In this document: in pieces, positions 16,501 to 24,236 of the stretch
How positions within the stretch are numbered: the first letter of the stretch is position 1
Layout of the letters: every line of letters begins with the position of its first letter
Assembly (NCBI GenBank): GCA_946187345.1
Contig: CAMHQD010000007.1
Coordinates: 9,514-73,513 of the forward strand
Source: an uncultured Porphyromonadaceae bacterium
GTDB taxonomy: Bacteria; Bacteroidota; Bacteroidia; Bacteroidales; Muribaculaceae
DNA: 64,000 nt
Direction of reading: 5' to 3'
The notes under the pieces: generated by a model
What the model was told of the DNA's origin: nothing
Databases searched by the model: none
Seen by the model: only the letters and a program-made list of their open reading frames with translations
Program-made: the position numbers and the translations under genes

Positions 16501-19500
16501 ACCTGCATTGCTTGGATTGCGGCGGCGAAGGTGGGGTAGTCGGCCCGGTCGCTCGCGCCGATGACGTAGTCGCCCTTGAAACCGGCCTTGACGACACGCG
16601 TGGCCTCGGTGCTCTCCACAGCGGCCTCGGCATTGAGGCTGTTGAAAATCGCGCTGACGGTGCTGCCCGGCTCGGCGTCGGCATCCACGTCGACAGCCAG
16701 CCACAAGTAGTAAGTTCCTTTCGAATTGATGGTGAGCGGCTCGGCGGCGGTGAAAGTGACGTCGCCCGTGCCGGTGACGGTGGCAGCCAACTGCTCGTTG
16801 GTGGAGAAGGCTTCGGTTGTGCCGGTGTAGAACAAGCGTGCCGCGGTGGCGCTGCCACCGACGGTGAACGCGAAGTCGTTGAGGCTGACCTCGCCGTTGT
16901 CGCCCTCGATGGTGAGCGCGACCTTGACGAGCGGGGCATTGCTGCTGCCGCGCACCACCTCATCGGTGGCGGCCGCGGTTGCCGTGACTGCTGTCAGGGT
17001 GTTGGGGGCGTACTCGTGCAGTTTGACCTCGATGGCCCAGCCACTGGTGGGCGTACTGTAGGTGCCGCTCTTGAAGTATACCGTCAGCGTGCCGTCGGCG
17101 GCCTCGGAGATGACATCCACCGGGCCGGTGGTGCCGCTATAGACGCCCACACGGTCGGTCGTGCCGTTGTGCTCGCGGCCGTTGTAGACGTAGAAGTAGT
17201 TGCTCGTGGTGCCGGTGGCATATTCCACGGCGTTCAACTCGATGCCGTAGCCCGCAACGGCGGGAACAAACGTCACCGCGCCTTCAAAGCCCTTTGAGAA
17301 GTTGCCGTCGGCACCGCCGTCGTCGTAGAACATCAGCGGCTGGCTGACGACGACCGTGTTGTCGCCGCTCTGCATGACATACATCGCCTTGGCGACGCGC
17401 TCGCCGGTGGGGTCGCCGTTTGTCACGGTAGTCGCCTCGCCATCAATGATGAGCGCCGTCACGGCGGCGTCGATGGCCGTCTCGGGAGTGCCGTCGCTCT
17501 TGACGTCGACGGTAACATAGAAGTTGTTGGCTCCTTCGGCCAAAGTGAGGTCGCCGGTGACGGTCACTTCGCCGCTTGCGGGATTGGCAACCGTGCCAAA
17601 GAGCGTGGCATTGTCGCGCGAGGTCTCATAGCCGGTGTAATAGACGTTGATGGCGCTCAGCGCTTCGCCGCCCTTGACGTTGAGTTTCACGCCACCGAGT
17701 TGCATCGTGCTGAGTGTGCCCTCGGTGGTGACGGCAAAGTCAATCAGGTCGGCGCCCTCGCTGCCCAGCGGCACGATGTCGCTGCTGGTCTGGTTGACGG
17801 TGACCGCCTCGACGGTCATCGCGTGGTTGATGAAGGGACGCACTGCGGCGCTCCATCCCGCGCGGGCGTAGTAAGAGCTGGCATCCTTGGGGTCGAAGCG
17901 CACGGTCAGCGAGCCATCGGCGGCCGTCGAGCGCAGCACGCGTCCGGGGCCGGTGGTGGCCCGGTCGGCGTCGCTCAGTCTCCACAGCAGGTTCGCCTCG
18001 TTGACTGCGCTACCGCTATATACCTCAAAGAGAGCCTTTACACCATAGGAAGAACTGCTGTAGGCCACGTCGAAACTGTCGAAGTTCAACTCAACGACCG
18101 CGCCGTCCACCTTGGGATAGAAGGTGACGATGTGGTCGCCGGTGGTGGCGTCGTACTTGCCGCCGGAGCCTTCCTCATCGGTAAAGGTCCACTCGCCGTA
18201 GATGTTATGGCTGTGGGTGCCGGCAGTCAGGCGGCAGATGTTCTCGACGGTGAGCGTCGCGCTCACCGTGGTGGCCAAGGCCTGCACGGTGCCGGCGACG
18301 GTGACGTTGCTAACGCCCAGGGTCACCTCATCGTTGTTGTTGAGGCGCTCGTTCACATCGACGACGATGGCGAAATAGTTGTGTCCTTCACCCAGAGTGG
18401 TGTTGCCGGTGGCGGTGACGGTGTTGCCGCTCACCTCGCCCGTGGCAAAGGTCGTTGCGGTCGAGAACACGTTTTTCGGGCCGAGATAGTAGATGGTGTA
18501 GCCGTCGATGGCGCCGGGTGTGGCGGCGTTGAGCGTCATACCGGTGACGGAAAGCGGGTTGGACTGGTTGTCGGTGAGCACATCAACGACGAGCAGACGC
18601 GCGCCGCGCTCACCGGCGGCCACAGTCGCGGCGGCTCCCTCATCGGCCGCGGCGGTGACCTCCTTGAAGGTCATGTCGCCCGGCAGGAACTGGCTCACGG
18701 TGGCCTCCCAGCCGTCGGCCGGCACGCCGGTGGTGCTCACCAGGGTGACGGTCATCGAGCCGTCGGCGGCCGTGCTCTTGACGGTCTCGGCCTCGGTGAG
18801 CAGCGTGGTAATCAGGTTGTCCTCGTTAGCCTCGCGGCCGTTGTAGAACTTGAGGATATCATTCTTGCCAACAGAGGAGGTGTTGAAGATGGCCAACTTG
18901 GAGAAGTCCACCTTGATGGCGTTGCCGGCGGTGGCTGGCACAAAGGTGACCGTGCCGGTAAAGTTGCTGCCAATCTTGCCGTCCTTGCCACCGTCGTCAT
19001 AGAAAGCGACATCATCGCCAATGGTGAACGTGGTGGCCGTGGCCGGCATGAGGATGACGTTGTCGATGGTGAGCGCGCCGCCGGTGGCGGGAGCGGCACT
19101 GCGGGCCGTGCCGTCCACGGTGACGCTCTTGATGGCGAGCGCGGGCAGGGTGCCCGTGGCGTCGGGGTTAAGGCGGCCGACAACGGTGAACACATTGTTG
19201 CCACCCTTGAGGGTGAGGCCACTCGCGATGAGGTCGCTGCCCACGGTGGCCGCTGTGGCCAGCAGGTCGCCCGAGGCGGTCCCGCCGCGATAGAGGCGCA
19301 CGTCGCTCACCTGGTTGTTGCCCTTCAACGCGCTGCAATCAATAGTGAGATTGTTGAGCGTCAACGGGTTGCCGCCACCATCGGTGACGACGTTGCATTG
19401 GAAAAGCGGCACGTCTGCGGCGCCGCGCGTGGCGTGGGGCAGTTCGGCGATGGCGCCGGTGCTCACATATTCCATGTCTTTGGGAGACATCGACGTGACG

Positions 19501-20003
19501 GTGATGTTAAACCCCGTCTGACCATTGGCGCCTTTGCTGTGGAAGCCGAACGACAGTTTGCCGTCGGCGCTGGTCGAGGTGTAGGTCTCGCCGGCACTGG
19601 TCGAGTTATACCATTTTACAAAGCCGTCAGGCAAGTAATTGGACTGGCCCTGGTTGCCACCCGTGCCGTAACCGATTTTCTCAATCGCTCCGTCATAGAG
19701 GAGCAGGTAGTTGGTGGTGCCGTCCAGGTCGATGCTGTTGACGGTGATGGTGATGATTTCCCCCTCGTTGGCAGGCGAGAAAACGACGCCGCAGTCGCGC
19801 CATGTGGGGATTGTGCTACCTTCGGCTGCCGCCTTGAAGGTGATTGTCCCGTCGACGGTGTACTGCTCAAGCCCGTCATTGGTCTTGAGCAGGAAAGCGT
19901 TCTCGCTGTCGCTCCACGCGCGCCGCGGTCCGTCGGCATGGGCGGGCAGGGTAGCGCTCAGGAGCATCACCGTGAGGACAACAAACAATTTGTAAAGCCT
20001 CAT
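13563..20003 (-). CDS. Giant (2146 aa) secreted multidomain protein: 4x (CUB-like + beta-sandwich) modules, parallel beta-helix, FN3, BtuH-like module, T9SS CTD
   Basis: Uninterrupted ATG ORF with a signal peptide (MRLYKLFVVLTVMLLSATLPAHA). Four modules share the pattern VTF.P..G..I...F...Y.G...STAADGS.TV.F...GW.A.V. PbH1-like repeats (GNTLQGG.., VSGNTVSE.., IKGNTITQ.., IEGNTIVN.., FNNSIVVN..) lie at about nt 15450-16420. The last ~460 aa are paralogous to the 11495..12886 protein and end in LYDLQGRRVVNPGPGIYVRAGKKVVM. Confidence 0.85.
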   Translation of the reverse strand: MRLYKLFVVLTVMLLSATLPAHADGPRRAWSDSENAFLLKTNDGLEQYTVDGTITFKAAAEGSTIPTWRDCGVVFSPANEGEIITITVNSIDLDGTTNYLLLYDGAIEKIGYGTGGNQGQSNYLPDGFVKWYNSTSAGETYTSTSADGKLSFGFHSKGANGQTGFNITVTSMSPKDMEYVSTGAIAELPHATRGAADVPLFQCNVVTDGGGNPLTLNNLTIDCSALKGNNQVSDVRLYRGGTASGDLLATAATVGSDLIASGLTLKGGNNVFTVVGRLNPDATGTLPALAIKSVTVDGTARSAAPATGGALTIDNVILMPATATTFTIGDDVAFYDDGGKDGKIGSNFTGTVTFVPATAGNAIKVDFSKLAIFNTSSVGKNDILKFYNGREANEDNLITTLLTEAETVKSTAADGSMTVTLVSTTGVPADGWEATVSQFLPGDMTFKEVTAAADEGAAATVAAGERGARLLVVDVLTDNQSNPLSVTGMTLNAATPGAIDGYTIYYLGPKNVFSTATTFATGEVSGNTVTATGNTTLGEGHNYFAIVVDVNERLNNNDEVTLGVSNVTVAGTVQALATTVSATLTVENICRLTAGTHSHNIYGEWTFTDEEGSGGKYDATTGDHIVTFYPKVDGAVVELNFDSFDVAYSSSSYGVKALFEVYSGSAVNEANLLWRLSDADRATTGPGRVLRSTAADGSLTVRFDPKDASSYYARAGWSAAVRPFINHAMTVEAVTVNQTSSDIVPLGSEGADLIDFAVTTEGTLSTMQLGGVKLNVKGGEALSAINVYYTGYETSRDNATLFGTVANPASGEVTVTGDLTLAEGANNFYVTVDVKSDGTPETAIDAAVTALIIDGEATTVTNGDPTGERVAKAMYVMQSGDNTVVVSQPLMFYDDGGADGNFSKGFEGAVTFVPAVAGYGIELNAVEYATGTTSNYFYVYNGREHNGTTDRVGVYSGTTGPVDVISEAADGTLTVYFKSGTYSTPTSGWAIEVKLHEYAPNTLTAVTATAAATDEVVRGSSNAPLVKVALTIEGDNGEVSLNDFAFTVGGSATAARLFYTGTTEAFSTNEQLAATVTGTGDVTFTAAEPLTINSKGTYYLWLAVDVDADAEPGSTVSAIFNSLNAEAAVESTEATRVVKAGFKGDYVIGASDRADYPTFAAAIQAMQVGVEGAVRFEIEDGTYAENITIADIAGTGETHNVTFTSQSGNRNAVVLAGGSPDTSYGATSQVVLVSGTPWVTFENVSIIPASQSFSHGVRAVDGSHHFTLRGSLVKADQATATTGICLVTVQSTGDGKACDDVVIEGNTLQGGRIGVNFKYGSVSDSKAQRPVVSGNTVSETGRIGIYVNMTSDALIKGNTITQTSTTQSGYPAIDMTQNDGQFVIEGNTIVNTNSAYSYGIYLRQQNVAQADAPARVFNNSIVVNSSSASSYGVYYHSTCANIEFAFNTIRMSNLGRCFYGFNSAGQFTGLKLTSNLLQGLGESGEVLFIYGNRYDNVTATGNVLYHTSGSLTNATSDINTFNTTVHGVNTVEQASFAGDTDNHLAAEGGLRCGVPVSYVTVDHDGLARDADTPTVGAYEYRELTADKPELLVASPVALSGEATATTASFVTRWSQAGQLYSIVEPVAQGAPRHRAPAAADIKSGTPQAVIAGSDVTTTFDGLSPETAYKAYFLMVSEQGVESDIVESETFTTAAAEVETLVIEIDDPVTIEAGGSATLTGIWAGGTEPYTVTWTDQMGNTVATAAGEEYQITVSPSISTGYVLTVESADGQTAHARTGVKVRGASGQATFDDNLSPAEGYDQGFSDMEQWYSGSYGLQVGSYWTPVMVDEVDYGYWTWYGYALASTTDNQWRGFSYLYPDQFNSVMGGAHDGSDNFVIACPVPYGSNPCEIEVTSSEQGETVSGFYITNTAYAVSAMLTGNKFSTKANKGDWFKVTAIGHHADGTTTSKDFYLADYRADKEVDRYIIDKWEWFDLRDLGEVTKLTFAFDGSDVDPEWGLNTPMYFAMDNLGGQRDELPASVSVGVGRSKYDAASYFTLDGDGSTVTISLEEPVSSDELDVSYNATTGKIEVNGKVDGASRDVVLVATQKGHTQYVRLRVTVDSVTGIADIIDDDTNADNTLYDLQGRRVVNPGPGIYVRAGKKVVM

Positions 20004-20029
20004 GTTGCTAATAAAGGTTTGTTAAACAA

Positions 20030-20096
20030 TAAATAAAAATTCCACATCACACCACGGGCTTTTTGACGGCACACTGCCGACCCGGTGATGATGCGG
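20030..20096 (-). terminator. Intrinsic terminator/attenuator (expression platform of riboswitch 2)
   Basis: On the minus strand, catcatcaccggg...cccgtggtgtgatg forms a stem followed by gaatttttattt, about 30-40 nt before the start codon at 20003. Confidence 0.5.
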
Positions 20097-20129
20097 AAAG
20101 CGCTACACTGATTGTCTAATCAAACCCGA

Positions 20130-20470
20130 TGCCATTCCATGAATCGCTACCTGCTACCTGCTACATGCTACAAGCTATGGAATGTATCTCAGTGTCCCTA
20201 ATGCCGCGAGGGATCAACGAGCCTGCCATGCCGTCATGGCGCATGGCACAACAGCAGGCAGGTCTTCTGGCTTGTCCCCTTGCGTTGGCGCGGCCTTCCC
20301 ACCCGTTCCTAAACTCGGGCAGTGGCGAAATTAGTACTAAATACTAATTAATGCGCTCCGCAAGTGATTGCCGATGCTTCGTACTTTGTATGTGGTACTT
20401 CGTACTTGCTATCAGCGTGGGACTTACAGCAGCGGGTACTGCTCAGGATTTGCACCTGATTCCCTATTAT
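20130..20470 (-). promoter_or_regulatory. Cobalamin (B12) riboswitch 2
   Basis: The minus strand reads GGGAATCAGGTGCAAATCCTGAGCAGTACCCGCTGCTGTAAG ... GGGAAGG ... AAGCCAGAAGACCTGCCTGC (B12 box at plus-strand about 20256-20273). It is collinear with riboswitch 1. Confidence 0.85.
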
Positions 20471-20508
20471 GGGTTGCCGTGTGGCAACCCCACCTTGCTA
20501 TCACGCTG

Positions 20509-20516
20509 CAAAATTA
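20509..20516 (-). promoter_or_regulatory. Candidate -7 promoter box (TAATTTTG) for riboswitch 2
   Basis: It has the same sequence and context (gctatcacgCTGCAAAATTAca) as the box upstream of riboswitch 1. Confidence 0.55.
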
Positions 20517-20580
20517 CACATTTTAATCCAAATACCATAATCTTAAAACAGAATTTCCACAAATTATCCACAAATTATCG

Positions 20581-20702
20581 ATGTAGGGCCTGGCCTTGGC
20601 CTGGCCTCCAACGACAACGATGCGTGGGGGACGGTTCCTGTGTTTCATTTGCTGAAACACAAGAACCGTCCCCGTGTTTCAAGAACCGTCCCCGTGTCTC
20701 GC
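20581..20702. repeat. Composite intergenic repeat (TGTAGGGCCTGGCC module + GAACCGTCCCCGTGTTTC hairpin module)
   Basis: atgtagggcctggccttggcctggcc..., then gggggacggttcctgtgtttc / gaaacacaagaaccgtcccc hairpin with a duplicated arm. Both modules recur at 33170, 38930 and 39566. Confidence 0.7.
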
Positions 20703-20745
20703 AAAAAAGGCTGCCCCGGGGAGCGTGCGCTTCCTCGGGGCAGCC
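20703..20745 (-). terminator. Intrinsic terminator downstream of rng
   Basis: The minus strand reads aaggctgccccgaggaagcgcacgctccccggggcagcc followed by ttttttgc. Confidence 0.6.
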
Positions 20746-20792
20746 TTGTGCCAATGTTGGTGACGCCGTGGTGGACACAATGAATTGTGTCC

Positions 20793-20848
20793 CTACATGC
20801 TACATGCTACGTGCTACGTGCTACGTGCAACGTGCTACATGCAACGTG
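20793..20848. repeat. Heptanucleotide array (GCTACRT)n
   Basis: ctacatgctacatgctacgtgctacgtgctacgtgcaacgtgctacatgcaacgtgctac, abutting the rng stop codon. Shorter versions occur in both riboswitch leaders (about 13005-13036 and 20145-20180). Confidence 0.85.
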
Positions 20849-22483
20849 CTACTCGTCGGTGTGTTGCTCGCGTGAGCGCCGCTCTTTTTTGGATGTGGAA
20901 CTGTTGGTGTCCTTCTCCTCTTTGAGGTCAATCTCCACGCGGTTGCTGTCCACCACGCGGTAGGCCAGCAGCGGTAGCGACTCGTCGGCAACGATCTTGA
21001 ATTTGTTCAGCCCGAACTCAAATAGCCAACGGTAATACTCGCTGATGATGCCTTTCTTGAGATATGCGTCCACATATGGGTGGACGTAGAGCGTGAAGCC
21101 GTTCACGTGCAGGTCGTTGACAAGATAACTGATCTTGTCCTTGAGCACATCGGTGAACAGCAGCGACGGCATGACGTGTCCTTTGCCTCCACACGAGGGG
21201 CAGGTCTCGGTCGTGACGATGTCTAAAGCCGGCCGCACGCGTTGTCGCGTGATCTGCATCAGTCCGAATTTGGTCAGCGGCAGGATGTTGTGTCGCGCCC
21301 GGTCGGTGGCCATGAGTTCGCGCATCCTGTCGTAGAGCGCTTGTCGGTTCTCGCTCTTGGCCATATCGATGAAGTCGATGACGATGATGCCGCCCATGTC
21401 TCGCAGTCGCAGTTGTCGCGCTATCTCTTCGGCGGCGAGCAGATTGACGTTGACTGCATTTGTCTCTTGGTCGGTGATGCCACGGCTGCGGTTGCCGCTA
21501 TTGACGTCGATAACGTGGAGTGCCTCGGTGCTCTCGATGATGATGTAGGCACCGGAGCGGAAAGATACTGTTTTGCCAAACGACGACTTGATTTGCCGTG
21601 TGATGTTGTATTTATCAAACACGGGCGTGTCGTCGCTGTAAAGCTTGACGATGTCTTTGCGGTCGGGTGCGATGATGCTCACATAGTGCAGAATTTGCTC
21701 ATACACCTCGGCGTCATTTACCACGATGCTCTCAAAGTCGGGGTTGAACACGTCTCGGATTTCACCCACCGCACGGCTTTCTTCCTCGTAGAGGAGTTCT
21801 GGCGCTGTGGCATGGACGAGTTTTGCAACGGCGTCTTCCCAACACTTTATCAGCACATTAAGTTCGGCATGCAGTTCAGCGGCCCGTTTGTCTTCGGCGC
21901 TGGTGCGGATGATGACCCCGAAGTTTTTGGGTCGAATGCTCTCGATGAGCCTTTTGAGGCGCACCTTCTCGGCGTTGCTTTTGATTTTCTGCGACACCGA
22001 CACCTTGTTATTGAAGGGTATGAGCACCATGAATCGGCCTGTGAAACTGATTTCGGTGGTCAGTCGTGGCCCCTTGGTGTTGATTGGCTCCTTGGCAATC
22101 TGGACAACGATTTCTTGTCCTTGCTCGAGCGCGTCACCGATGGCGCCGTGCTTGTCGATGTCTCCTTGCAACGTCAGGTCGCTGATTGACGGCAATGTGC
22201 CGCCTCGCTTGTGGTTAGAGCGTACTGCCGCGACGAACTTTGAGAATGTGCCGAACTGTGTGCCGAGGTCAAGATAATGCAGGAAAGCCTCCTTGGGATG
22301 TCCAACGTTGACAAAGGCGGCGTTCAATCCCGGCAGAAGTTTCTTGACTTTGGCAAGATAGAGGTTCCCCACAGCGTAGGTCGCGTCGCGCGACTCGCGT
22401 TGCAGTGACATCAGCCGGCCGTCCTCGGTGAGGGCGGTGGTGATGGTTTTTGGGGAAACATCAACTACAAGTTCGCTTCTCAT
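20849..22483 (-). CDS. rng: Ribonuclease G/E family endoribonuclease
   Basis: 544 aa. It has an N-terminal S1 domain (VGNLYLAKVKKLLPGLNAAFVNVGHPKEAFLH), an RNase E/G catalytic core (GGIIVIDFIDM) and a Zn-link CPSCGGKG. Confidence 0.85.
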   Translation of the reverse strand: MRSELVVDVSPKTITTALTEDGRLMSLQRESRDATYAVGNLYLAKVKKLLPGLNAAFVNVGHPKEAFLHYLDLGTQFGTFSKFVAAVRSNHKRGGTLPSISDLTLQGDIDKHGAIGDALEQGQEIVVQIAKEPINTKGPRLTTEISFTGRFMVLIPFNNKVSVSQKIKSNAEKVRLKRLIESIRPKNFGVIIRTSAEDKRAAELHAELNVLIKCWEDAVAKLVHATAPELLYEEESRAVGEIRDVFNPDFESIVVNDAEVYEQILHYVSIIAPDRKDIVKLYSDDTPVFDKYNITRQIKSSFGKTVSFRSGAYIIIESTEALHVIDVNSGNRSRGITDQETNAVNVNLLAAEEIARQLRLRDMGGIIVIDFIDMAKSENRQALYDRMRELMATDRARHNILPLTKFGLMQITRQRVRPALDIVTTETCPSCGGKGHVMPSLLFTDVLKDKISYLVNDLHVNGFTLYVHPYVDAYLKKGIISEYYRWLFEFGLNKFKIVADESLPLLAYRVVDSNRVEIDLKEEKDTNSSTSKKERRSREQHTDE

Positions 22484-22599
22484 TAGCGGAATGTTGGGAG
22501 TTAATGTAACTAATATGTCAATGTATTACAATGCGGCACTCTTGCCGCATGTCCGGTCAAGACGACGATTGCTCGTCGTTAGGAACTTGCGCACAGTTT

Positions 22600-22705
22600 T
22601 TTAACATGAAAAATTTACCGTTGACTGTTTACCGTTTACTGAAACATAAACGCACGGTCAACGGTCGACGGTAAACGGTAAACTATTCATGTTAAAAATC
22701 GTGCG
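22600..22705. repeat. TTTACCG-hairpin family, full copy with extended outer stem
   Basis: ttttttaacatgaaaaatttaccgttgactgtttaccgtttactgaaacataaacgcacggtcaacggtcgacggtaaacggtaaactattcatgttaaaaa, located between the small basic-protein gene and rng. Confidence 0.8.
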
Positions 22706-22757
22706 GCATTCTTCATCGAAGCCGATGTGAGCGCGGGGCGGCTTATGCCGCCGCGTC

Positions 22758-22850
22758 TCACTTCTTGCTCTTGTGGCGATTCTTGCGCAGTCTCTTTTTG
22801 CGCTTGTGGGTCGCCATCTTGTGTCCTTTTCTCTTCTTACCGCTGGGCAT
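22758..22850 (-). CDS. 30-aa Lys/Arg-rich peptide, probably a small ribosomal protein (bS22-like)
   Basis: It is not in the ORF track because it is under 60 aa. My translation is ATG...TGA = MPSGKKRKGHKMATHKRKKRLRKNRHKSKK. Its position between the HU gene and rng, and its extreme basicity, fit the conserved Bacteroidota mini-protein. The family name is uncertain. Confidence 0.55.
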   Translation of the reverse strand: MPSGKKRKGHKMATHKRKKRLRKNRHKSKK

Positions 22851-22888
22851 AATTATTGCTGTTTGAAGTAATTAGAATGTAGTGAAAA

Positions 22889-22943
22889 TAGTCGTTAGTC
22901 GTTAGTCGTTAGACTTGTATCTGACATCTGACATCTGACATCT
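22889..22943. repeat. Two adjacent heptanucleotide arrays, (TAGTCGT)x3 and (CTGACAT)x3
   Basis: tagtcgttagtcgttagtcgttag ... ctgacatctgacatctgacatct, in the 97-nt spacer between the HU stop codon and the start of the mini-protein gene. Confidence 0.85.
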
Positions 22944-22947
22944 AAAC

Positions 22948-23226
22948 TTAGGCCTGCTTGACTTGCTCCATGAACACCTTGGCGGGCTTGAAGGCCGGGA
23001 TCTTGTGCTCGGGGATAATCAGAGTGGTGCCCTTGCTGATGTTGCGGGCCGTCTTCTGTGAGCGGGTCTTGATGATGAAGCTGCCAAAGCCGCGCAGGTA
23101 GACGTTCTCGCCATTGGTCATGGCGTCCTTGACGGTCTCCATAAAGCGCTCGACGGTCTCAAGAACGGTTGCCTTGTCGATGCCGGTTGCCTTAGCGATT
23201 TCGCTAACGATTTCTGCTTTAGTCAT
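22948..23226 (-). CDS. hup: HU family DNA-binding protein
   Basis: 92 aa. MTKAEIVSEIAKATGIDKATVLETVERFMETV...VYLRGFGSFIIKTR...IPAFKPAK is the canonical HU/IHF fold signature. Confidence 0.9.
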   Translation of the reverse strand: MTKAEIVSEIAKATGIDKATVLETVERFMETVKDAMTNGENVYLRGFGSFIIKTRSQKTARNISKGTTLIIPEHKIPAFKPAKVFMEQVKQA

Positions 23227-23434
23227 TGTTGTTGTTTATAAAGAGTTATTTGTTAATTATTGGATTTTCAATAATTTATATTGTTTTGCGGTCTATCCCG
23301 CCGAAAATGCAGTGCAAATATCGCAATTTTTTTTGAAATAAGCGCAATAAATTCGTAAAAAAGTGATTTTTTTGTGGTTAGCAAATGTCAAAGCGGCCAA
23401 GCCGCTTTGCGCTCCACTCCTTTAATGCTACTAT

Positions 23435-24223
23435 CTATTTGTCGCTGTCGACGAGTCGCAGTGTCTCACCGTCCCACACCGCATATGCGCCCGTGCCGTG
23501 GAGCCATGCGCCGAGGCGGGCGACGGTCATCCCTGTTGTGGGGTGGCTAACTCCGGGCACGTGGAGGTGGCCCATGACGACGTATTCGATGTCGGGGTGG
23601 TCGTGGGCGATTTGTCGCAAGGCGATATCTTGCTCGTTGAGCAGTGACGTGGCGAGGGAGCGCTCGCGCGCCTCGTTGCGGCTGGTGCGGTTGTGGCTGC
23701 TCCAATGGGTTGCCACCCAGTGGCTGATGTTGGGGTGCAATGAACTGTAGAGCGCCTGGCAGACGGGGTTGAGAAAGCACCACTTCATGAAGCGGTAGTT
23801 CCACGGCTGGCGGCCGATGTCGTCGCCGTGTGAGAGCAGGAAGCGGTGGCCGTCGAGGGTGATAAACATCTTGCCGGTGACCACGGTGATGCCGATTTCG
23901 TCGCGCAGGTAGTCACGCAGCCACACGTCGTGGTTGCCTGTCATCCACATGATTTCGACGCCATCGTCAGCCAACTCGGCCAGTTTGCCGAAAAAGCGGA
24001 TATGGCCGCGCGGCACGACGCTATCGTACTCATACCAATAGTCGAGCACGTCGCCGAGCATCATCAGCCGGCGGGCGTCGCCGCGGATGCTCTCGAGGAA
24101 GTCGGTGACCAGTTTCTCATGCGCGCGCGCGTCATTAATATATCTCGCGCCCAAATGCATGTCGCTGATGAAATAAGTCTTTGACCTTATGACGCTCGGA
24201 TTATTTAATTGTGAATTATGCAT
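23435..24223 (-). CDS. lpxH: UDP-2,3-diacylglucosamine diphosphatase
   Basis: YFISDMHLG ... LGDVLDYW ... GNHD ... GH motifs belong to the calcineurin-like metallophosphoesterase LpxH family. The length of 262 aa fits. Confidence 0.8.
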   Translation of the reverse strand: MHNSQLNNPSVIRSKTYFISDMHLGARYINDARAHEKLVTDFLESIRGDARRLMMLGDVLDYWYEYDSVVPRGHIRFFGKLAELADDGVEIMWMTGNHDVWLRDYLRDEIGITVVTGKMFITLDGHRFLLSHGDDIGRQPWNYRFMKWCFLNPVCQALYSSLHPNISHWVATHWSSHNRTSRNEARERSLATSLLNEQDIALRQIAHDHPDIEYVVMGHLHVPGVSHPTTGMTVARLGAWLHGTGAYAVWDGETLRLVDSDK

Positions 24224-24236
24224 TGTGAGTTATGCA

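Noticed and set aside
17700-20036. Very long ORFs antisense to or overlapping recognised genes. Examples: 17700..20036 (+) 778 aa, 15063..16256 (+), 13533..14471 (+), 2602..3636 (-), 4821..5738 (+), 27030..28217 (-), 29523..31361 (-), 33344..35167 (-), 36490..38298 (-), 40960..41940 (-), 49932..50933 (+).
   Set aside because: Each lies opposite a gene with clear family motifs. Their translations are Gly/Val/Ala/His/Asp/Arg-rich, with no signal peptides, motifs or sensible starts. This is the usual stop-codon-poor shadow frame of GC-rich DNA.
22490-22620. Structured 5' leader of rng as an autoregulatory element (hairpins acgacgagcaatcgtcgt and atgcggcaagagtgccgcat).
   Set aside because: It is plausible by analogy with the E. 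coli rne leader, but I see only two small generic hairpins and have no conservation data. That is not enough to call a feature.
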